This document shows, in pieces, positions 57,704-64,000 of a stretch of 64,000 nucleotides of DNA. The DNA lies in the IMG/VR virus record IMGVR_UViG_3300028374_000002, positions 128,001 through 192,000 of that record; one strand, written 5' to 3'. The DNA is from a virus (lineage: Duplodnaviria > Caudoviricetes). A program made the position numbers and the translations under genes. Below the pieces are notes generated by a model. It did not search any database and was not told where the DNA came from. It saw only the letters and a list, made by a program, of their open reading frames with translations. Position 1 is the first letter of the stretch; each line of letters begins with the position of its first letter.

Positions 57704-58459
57704 ATGAAATATATAAAACCTTACAAAATATTCGAGAATGCTAGTCCTAACTTCCCAACTACAAGGGATGAAGTTATAGAAGTGTGTGAAAAGTATGAAA
57801 TAGAAAATTATACCATAAACGATGATTTAAGTATCGGTGTTGATGGTGATGTTCATTTATATAGTAAAAATTTAGAATACTTACCACTTAGATTTAGTTA
57901 TGTGAGTGGTGATTTTAGTTGTCACCACAATAAACTAAAAACATTAAAAGGTGGTCCACAAACAGTAGATGGTTATTTTTATTGCTTTAATAATAATTTA
58001 GAATCATTAGAAGGTTGTCCACAAACAGTAGGTGGGCGTTTTAATTGTTTTGAAAATGAACTAAAGACATTAGAAGGTAGTCCACAAACAGTAAATGGTG
58101 ATTTTAATTGCTTTAATAATAAACTAGAATCATTAGAAGGTAGTCCACAAACAGTAGGTGGGCATTTTAATTGTTCTTTTAATAAATTAACCGATTTAGA
58201 ATATTTTCCAGAAGTAAATGGTTCGGTAATTATATATGGAAATATAGTAAATTTATTAGTATATACATTTGTGGAAAATGCTAATACTTTCCTCATAGAA
58301 AATGCTAATGCTTTCCTCATAGAAGATTTTGTAGACTACGAGATAGTTAGAAACGGTGATACTGTTATGTTAGATAGATTACAAACTTTTATAAGAGATA
58401 ATAATCTAAGGATGCCTGAGTTAGAACCCATTAAAACCCACTATAAAATAATAGAATAG
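57704..58459 (+). CDS. LRR array protein 5 (251 aa)
   Basis: One extra repeat plus an 8-aa duplication (ENANTFLI/ENANAFLI). Confidence 0.9.
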   Translation: MKYIKPYKIFENASPNFPTTRDEVIEVCEKYEIENYTINDDLSIGVDGDVHLYSKNLEYLPLRFSYVSGDFSCHHNKLKTLKGGPQTVDGYFYCFNNNLESLEGCPQTVGGRFNCFENELKTLEGSPQTVNGDFNCFNNKLESLEGSPQTVGGHFNCSFNKLTDLEYFPEVNGSVIIYGNIVNLLVYTFVENANTFLIENANAFLIEDFVDYEIVRNGDTVMLDRLQTFIRDNNLRMPELEPIKTHYKIIE

Positions 58460-58460
58460 T

Positions 58461-59183
58461 ATGAAACATATAAAATTATACGAAGAATATAACAGTACTA
58501 AGGAAGTAGTAGAAGAAGTAATTAAATATGAGGTAATATTTGATGTAGTTGATGTATCAAGCGACCCAGTTGCTAAGGAAGAATTTGATAATTATGAAGA
58601 TGCCTTAGCATATTATGAGAAAACATATGAATATGATGATGGTGTATATAGGACAAGAACTCATTCAAAAATGCTAGATGAAATAACATATTCTGTATCC
58701 TATGAATATGACAGTGATAATGAGGATAAAGACGATGTTGATGATGATGATAAAAATTGGGATATAATCGATACTGATAATATGGAGTCAGAAGAATATC
58801 GAATTAATGATGATTCTGAAAATGTTTTGGAACAGATTGAGGATTGGTTCAAAGAAAAATATGATTCAAATAGGACAAAATACCATGAGATAGATGTTTA
58901 TTACAATGATGATGACTATAAGACTATACAAATTAGGTTTTCTAATCACACAGAAAACATTATGAACAATGATAGATTCAGAAGTAAGGATTATTACATA
59001 TCAGTTGTTGTTTCTGATTATGATGTTACTGATAGCAGATTTGGTATGTCAAATAGTTTTGAGAGAAGGAATAACGAACATGAACTAAAATATGGTAGTA
59101 GTGATGATACTATACAAATGGAAATAGATATTGATTTTTTAATTAAAGAGTTAAAAGAGGAAATATTAGAAGACTTTGGATAG
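58461..59183 (+). CDS. Highly acidic non-LRR protein embedded in the array (MKHIKLYEEY start)
   Basis: D/E-rich; contains IQIRFSNH; no LRR units. Confidence 0.8.
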   Translation: MKHIKLYEEYNSTKEVVEEVIKYEVIFDVVDVSSDPVAKEEFDNYEDALAYYEKTYEYDDGVYRTRTHSKMLDEITYSVSYEYDSDNEDKDDVDDDDKNWDIIDTDNMESEEYRINDDSENVLEQIEDWFKEKYDSNRTKYHEIDVYYNDDDYKTIQIRFSNHTENIMNNDRFRSKDYYISVVVSDYDVTDSRFGMSNSFERRNNEHELKYGSSDDTIQMEIDIDFLIKELKEEILEDFG

Positions 59184-59220
59184 TAAATACATTACAAAAT
59201 AAGTAATTAATATATACTTT

Positions 59221-59330
59221 ATGAAGCATATAAAACCTTATAAAAATATTAGACAGGTTACAAACATTTATAAGTGATAATGGTTTAGATATGCTGGATT
59301 TGAAAGAAATTAAAAAAAATAATAGAATAA
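59221..59330 (+). pseudogene. Collapsed LRR-gene remnant (N-cap joined out of frame to C-cap)
   Basis: MKHIKPYK... followed in another frame by LDRLQTFISDNGLDMLDLKEIKK; has its own TAATATATA at 59208-59216. Confidence 0.85.
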
Positions 59331-59332
59331 AC

Positions 59333-60001
59333 ATGAAACATATAAAACCTTATAAGATATTCGAGAGCAATAGTCCTAACTTCCCAACCACAAGAGAGGA
59401 AGTTATACAAGTGTGTGAAAAGTATGAAATAGAAAACTACACTATTAATGATGATTTAAGCATTGATGTTGATGATAACGTTCATTTAGGTTTTAAAATG
59501 TTAGAATATTTACCTCTTAAATTTAATTATGTAAGTGGTGGTTTTGGTTGTTATGAAAATAAATTAATATCATTAGAAGGTAGTCCACAAATATTAGATG
59601 GTTCTTTTCTTTGTTTTGAAAATGAATTAAAATCGTTAGAAGGTAGTCCATCAGTAGTGAATGGTAATTTTATATGTTATGAAAATGAATTAGAATCATT
59701 AGAAGGTTGTCCACAAACAGTAGGTGGTGATTTTTCTTGTTCTGATAATAAATTAAAAGATTTAGAACACTTCCCAGAAGTAAATGGTATCATATCTATG
59801 AGGGGAAATCCATTAGATTTATTAGTACATACCTTTATCAAAAATGCTGATATCTTTATGATAGAAGACTTTACAGACTATGAAATAGTTAGAAACAGAG
59901 ATACTGTTATGTTAGATAGATTAGAAACTTTCATTAGAGATAATGATTTAAAAATGCCTGACTTAGAAGGTATTAAAAAACACTATAAAATAATAGAATA
60001 A
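59333..60001 (+). CDS. LRR array protein 6 (222 aa; true start 59333)
   Basis: The ORF-track extension from 59291 belongs to the remnant C-cap. Confidence 0.9.
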   Translation: MKHIKPYKIFESNSPNFPTTREEVIQVCEKYEIENYTINDDLSIDVDDNVHLGFKMLEYLPLKFNYVSGGFGCYENKLISLEGSPQILDGSFLCFENELKSLEGSPSVVNGNFICYENELESLEGCPQTVGGDFSCSDNKLKDLEHFPEVNGIISMRGNPLDLLVHTFIKNADIFMIEDFTDYEIVRNRDTVMLDRLETFIRDNDLKMPDLEGIKKHYKIIE

Positions 60002-60013
60002 AATAGAATAAAC

Positions 60014-60682
60014 ATGAAACATATAAAACCTTATAAGATATTCGAGAGCAATAGTCCTAACTTCCCAACCACAAGAGAGGAAGTTATACAAGTGTGTGAA
60101 AAGTATGAAATAGAAAACTACACTATTAATGATGATTTAAGCATTGATGTTGATGATAACGTTCATTTAGGTTTTAAAATGTTAGAATATTTACCTCTTA
60201 AATTTAATTATGTAAGTGGTAGTTTTAATTGTTTTTATAATAAATTAACATCATTGGAAGGTTGTCCACAAAAAGTAGGTGGTAGCTTTGGTTGTTTTTA
60301 TAATAATTTAGAATCATTAGAAGGTTGTCCACAAACAGTAGGTGGTGATTTTTCTTGTTCTGATAATGAATTAGTATCATTGAAAGGTGGCCCACATACA
60401 GTGGGTGGTAATTTTAATTGTGTTTATAATAAATTAACAGACTTAGAACACTTCCCAGAAGTAAATGGAATTATAAGTATAAAGAAAAACACAGTATATC
60501 TATTAGTACATACTTTCATTGAAAATGCTAATAGTTTCCTCATAGAAGATTTTATAGACTATGAAATAGTTAGAAACGGAGACACTGTTATGTTAGATAG
60601 ATTACAAACATTCATTAGAGATAATGATTTAGAGATGCCTGACTTAGAAGAAATTAAAGAACACTATAAAATAATAGAATAA
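60014..60682 (+). CDS. LRR array protein 7 (222 aa)
   Basis: 5' region identical to protein 6 through LKFNYVSG. Confidence 0.9.
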   Translation: MKHIKPYKIFESNSPNFPTTREEVIQVCEKYEIENYTINDDLSIDVDDNVHLGFKMLEYLPLKFNYVSGSFNCFYNKLTSLEGCPQKVGGSFGCFYNNLESLEGCPQTVGGDFSCSDNELVSLKGGPHTVGGNFNCVYNKLTDLEHFPEVNGIISIKKNTVYLLVHTFIENANSFLIEDFIDYEIVRNGDTVMLDRLQTFIRDNDLEMPDLEEIKEHYKIIE

Positions 60683-60684
60683 AC

Positions 60685-61482
60685 ATGAAATATATAAAAC
60701 CTTATAAGATATTTGAGAATATATCTAACTATTTCCCAACTACAAGAGAAGAAGTTGTGGAAGTATGTATAAAATTTGAAATTATAAATTATACTATCAA
60801 TGATGATTTAAGTATAGATGTTGATGGTGATGTTGATATGGCGAATAAGGGAATAAGCAGCTTACCAATTAAATTTGGAAAGGTAAGTGGTGATTTTGCT
60901 TGTGAGTCTAATTATCAATTCTTTACACTAGAGGGATGTCCTTATGAGGTTGGTGGGAGTTTTAGTTGTAATACCAATGAACTTTTTTCACTAAGGGGGT
61001 GTCCTAAGATAATAGGAATTGATTTTGATTGTGGGTATTGTCCAATAGATTCATTGGAAGGTTGCCCAGAAACAGTAGGTGGTAATTTTTATTGTGAGCA
61101 TAGTGGTATAGAATCATTAGAATATATGACAAAAAATATTGGGGGATCTGTTATTTTAAACATGAATGAAATAAAATCATTCAAAGGGTGTCCAGATAGT
61201 ATATTTGGTAATTTGTATATAAGTGATAATAATATCACAGACTTAGAATATATACCAAATGTATCAGATTATATACACTTGCAAAGGAATCCAGTACACT
61301 CTATAGTAAACTCTTTCATTATAAAAGGTGATGATATGCTAATTGAAGATTTCCAAGACTATGATATAATAATTGATAATAAATCTATAAATTTGTTTAG
61401 GTTAGAAAATTTCTTTAAAGATTTTAACCTACCAATGCCAGACTTAAAAAAAATAAAAAAACATTATAAAATAATAGAATAA
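60685..61482 (+). CDS. LRR array protein 8 (265 aa, divergent)
   Basis: Same architecture, two extra repeats, diverged caps. Confidence 0.9.
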   Translation: MKYIKPYKIFENISNYFPTTREEVVEVCIKFEIINYTINDDLSIDVDGDVDMANKGISSLPIKFGKVSGDFACESNYQFFTLEGCPYEVGGSFSCNTNELFSLRGCPKIIGIDFDCGYCPIDSLEGCPETVGGNFYCEHSGIESLEYMTKNIGGSVILNMNEIKSFKGCPDSIFGNLYISDNNITDLEYIPNVSDYIHLQRNPVHSIVNSFIIKGDDMLIEDFQDYDIIIDNKSINLFRLENFFKDFNLPMPDLKKIKKHYKIIE

Positions 61483-61484
61483 GA

Positions 61485-62309
61485 ATGAAATATATAAAAC
61501 CTTACAAGATATTTGAGAGTGTTAGTCCTAATTTCCCAACTACAAGGGATGAAGTTATAGAAGTGTGTGAAAAGTATGAAATATATAACTACATCATTAA
61601 TGATGATTTAAGCATTAATGTTGAAGGTGATGTTGATTTAAATATTGATATCGATGAGGATATAGGCCTACAAAATATAAAATTAAAATATTTACCTGTT
61701 GTATTCAACTATGTAAAAGGCTCATTTTATTGTCAAGATAATGAATTAATATCACTAGAAGGTTCACCACGTGATGTTGGAATTTTTGATTGCTCTAATA
61801 ATAAATTAAAAACACTTGAAGGTGGGCCAGTGGATGTGCGTGGTTTTTTCAGTTGTGATGATAATAATTTAAAAACATTAAATGGGTCACCTTCTAATGT
61901 TTCTAGGTGGTTTTCCTGTTCTAATAATAATTTAAAAACATTAGAGGGTTCTCCAAATGTTGTAAACGGAGAGTTTGTTTGTCATAATAATGAGTTAGAA
62001 TCATTAAAGGGTATTACTAAAAATATAACTGATAGATTATATATAAACCACAATAATATTAAATCGTTGGATTACTTTCCAACAACAACAAGTATAATAT
62101 TCACACAAGGAAATCCAATAGATGTACTAATAAGCACTTTTATCAGAAATGATAACTTCAATGATCTTTTAGAAGAATTTGAAGAATTTGAAATATTAAG
62201 AAATGGTGTTGTTGTTTATCTAGATAGATTAAAAACCTTCATAGAAGGATTTGATTTGAAAATGCCTAGCTTAGATAGAATTAAACAAGAGTATAAAATA
62301 ATAGAATAA
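61485..62309 (+). CDS. LRR array protein 9 (274 aa, divergent)
   Basis: Same architecture. Confidence 0.9.
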   Translation: MKYIKPYKIFESVSPNFPTTRDEVIEVCEKYEIYNYIINDDLSINVEGDVDLNIDIDEDIGLQNIKLKYLPVVFNYVKGSFYCQDNELISLEGSPRDVGIFDCSNNKLKTLEGGPVDVRGFFSCDDNNLKTLNGSPSNVSRWFSCSNNNLKTLEGSPNVVNGEFVCHNNELESLKGITKNITDRLYINHNNIKSLDYFPTTTSIIFTQGNPIDVLISTFIRNDNFNDLLEEFEEFEILRNGVVVYLDRLKTFIEGFDLKMPSLDRIKQEYKIIE

Positions 62310-62311
62310 AC

Positions 62312-62980
62312 ATGAAACATATAAAACCTTATAAAATATTTGAAAGCAACAGCCCTAACTTCCCAACTACAAGGGATGAAGTTATAGAAGTGTGTGAAAA
62401 GTATGAAATATATAACTACATCATTAATGATGATTTAAGCATAGATGTTGCTGATGATGTTTTTTTAACTAGAAGCTTAGAGTATCTACCACTTAAATTT
62501 AACCATGTGGAAGGTTCTTTTTTATGTGGCTTTAATGAATTAAAAACATTGGAGGGTAGTCCACAAACATTAGGTGGGTTTTTTGATTGCTCTTATAATA
62601 AACTAAAGACATTAGAAGGTTGTCCACAAACAATAGTACGTGGTTCTTTTAAATGTTCTAATAATAATATAATGACATTAGAAGGTAGTCCACAAACAAT
62701 AAATGGTGATTTTATTTGTAGTGATAATAAGTTGGTAGATTTAGAACATTTCCCAGAAGTAAATGGTATAATAAATATAGAGAAAAACACAGTAAATTTA
62801 TTAGTATATACTTTTATTAATAAAGTGGATACTTTTATGATAGAAGACTTCATAGATTATGAAATAGTTAGAAACAGAGATACTGTTATGTTAGATAGAC
62901 TAGAGACCTTTATTAGTGATAATGATTTAATGATGCCAGACTTAAAAGAAATAAAAAAACATTATAAAATAATAGAATAA
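62312..62980 (+). CDS. LRR array protein 10 (222 aa)
   Basis: Middle region resembles protein 3. Confidence 0.9.
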   Translation: MKHIKPYKIFESNSPNFPTTRDEVIEVCEKYEIYNYIINDDLSIDVADDVFLTRSLEYLPLKFNHVEGSFLCGFNELKTLEGSPQTLGGFFDCSYNKLKTLEGCPQTIVRGSFKCSNNNIMTLEGSPQTINGDFICSDNKLVDLEHFPEVNGIINIEKNTVNLLVYTFINKVDTFMIEDFIDYEIVRNRDTVMLDRLETFISDNDLMMPDLKEIKKHYKIIE

Positions 62981-62982
62981 AC

Positions 62983-63714
62983 ATGAAACATATAAAACCT
63001 TACGAGATATTTGAGAGTGCTAGTCCTAATTTCCCAACTACAAGAGAGGAAGTTATAGAAGTGTGTGAAAGGTATAGAATAAAAAACTATACTATTAATG
63101 ATGATTTAAGTATCGATGTTGATGGTGATGTTTATTTAGTGGATAAAGGCTTAGAATACTTACCACTTAAATTTAATTATGTAAGTGGTAATTTTGTTTG
63201 TTCTGATAATAAATTAAAGACATTAGAAGGTAGTCCACAAACAGTAGGTGGTTATTTTTTTTGTTTTGAAAATGAACTAAAGACATTAGAAGGTAGTCCA
63301 CAAACAGTAGGTGGTACTTTTAATTGTTCTTACAATGAATTAATAACATTAGAAGGTAGCCCACAAACAGTAAATGGGAATTTTCTTTGTTTTGGAAATG
63401 AATTAATAACATTAGAAGGTAGCCCACAAACAGTAAATGGGAATTTTCTTTGTTTTGGAAATGAATTAAAAGACTTAGAATACTTCCCAGAAGTAAGTGG
63501 TAATGTATACATAAAGGGAAACACAGTATATCTATTAGTGTATACTTTTATTAGAACTGCTAGTAGTTTTATGATAGAAGATTTTATAGACTATGAAATA
63601 GTTAGGAACAGAGATACTGTTATGTTAGATAGATTACAAACATTCATAAGGGATAATGATTTAAAGATGCCTAATTTAAAAGAAATTAAAAAACACTATA
63701 AAATAATAGAATAG
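62983..63714 (+). CDS. LRR array protein 11 (243 aa)
   Basis: Exact 63-bp duplication, 63334-63396 and 63397-63459. Confidence 0.9.
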   Translation: MKHIKPYEIFESASPNFPTTREEVIEVCERYRIKNYTINDDLSIDVDGDVYLVDKGLEYLPLKFNYVSGNFVCSDNKLKTLEGSPQTVGGYFFCFENELKTLEGSPQTVGGTFNCSYNELITLEGSPQTVNGNFLCFGNELITLEGSPQTVNGNFLCFGNELKDLEYFPEVSGNVYIKGNTVYLLVYTFIRTASSFMIEDFIDYEIVRNRDTVMLDRLQTFIRDNDLKMPNLKEIKKHYKIIE

Positions 63715-63716
63715 AA

Positions 63717-64000
63717 ATGAAACATATAAAACATTACAAGATATTTGAGAGTACAAGTCCTAACTTCCCAACTACAAGAGAGGAAGTTATAGAAGTGTGT
63801 GAAAGGTATAGAATAAAAAACTATACTATTAATGATGATTTAAGTATCGATGTTGATGGTGATGTTCATTTATATAGTAAAAATTTAGAATACTTACCAC
63901 TTAGATTTAGTTATGTGAGTGGTGCATTTCTATGTTTTGATAATGAATTAAAAACATTAGAAGGTTGTCCACAAACAGTAGGTAGGTCTTTTTCCTGTTC
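63717..64000 (+). CDS. LRR array protein 12 (partial, runs off the window)
   Basis: MKHIKHYKIFESTSPNFPTTREEV... open to the end of the window. Confidence 0.85.
   Translation, partial: MKHIKHYKIFESTSPNFPTTREEVIEVCERYRIKNYTINDDLSIDVDGDVHLYSKNLEYLPLRFSYVSGAFLCFDNELKTLEGCPQTVGRSFSC

Larger units (their letters stand above)
55146..64000 (+). repeat. Tandem array of paralogous LRR genes (at least 12 copies; continues past the window end)
   Basis: Near-identical N-caps (MKHIKPYKIFES..NFPTTR) and C-caps (DYEIVRNRDTVMLDRL..HYKIIE); mostly 2-nt spacers between genes. Confidence 0.95.

Noticed and set aside
59291-59332. 14-aa N-terminal extension of LRR copy 6
   Set aside because: It is the decayed C-cap of the collapsed remnant; the conserved start is 59333.
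396-63524. Many antisense or overlapping ORFs in the track (e.g. 396-1073, 5513-5953, 17103-17807, 57979-58320)
   Set aside because: They are shadow ORFs on the opposite strand of well-supported genes, have Ser/Leu/Phe-rich composition and lack motifs or promoter context.
55146-64000. CRISPR array or DGR as an explanation for the repeats
   Set aside because: The repeats are in-frame coding units with no repeat-spacer alternation. No reverse transcriptase or non-coding template repeat is in the window, and differences between units involve all bases rather than only adenines.
1-64000. Alternative genetic code (TAG or TGA recoding as in some jumbo phages)
   Set aside because: Conserved genes are full length under code 11, and TAG, TAA and TGA all appear as terminal stops.

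Overview
AT-rich 64 kb segment of a T4-like (Tevenvirinae-type gene set) jumbo myophage using the standard genetic code, with a probable Bacteroidota host (TAnnTTTG promoters, no Shine-Dalgarno motifs, Bacteroidota-style ClpS). It holds the head, packaging and tail core: major capsid, fused prohead protease/scaffold, portal, gp2/gp4, gp55 late sigma factor, gp15, gp25, tail sheath and terminase. Replication/recombination genes are UvsX, a RuvC-like resolvase and the clamp loader. There are about 10 free-standing homing-endonuclease-like genes and an RNA/protein quality-control set (one-piece tmRNA, RNase R, ClpS, HAD/kinase enzymes, NADAR). The large terminase is fractured at Walker A by an atypically split intein with a Vsr-like endonuclease gene between the halves, and it carries a second, contiguous LAGLIDADG intein. 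The right end (55146 to the window edge) is a tandem array of at least 12 paralogous leucine-rich-repeat genes with constant caps, variable and shuffled 63-bp repeat cassettes, and an N-terminal peptide resembling the T4 capsid-targeting signal. This array is the best candidate for an undescribed system: a diversified repertoire of virion-packaged binding proteins. All family calls come from motif recognition by eye; no database searches were run.
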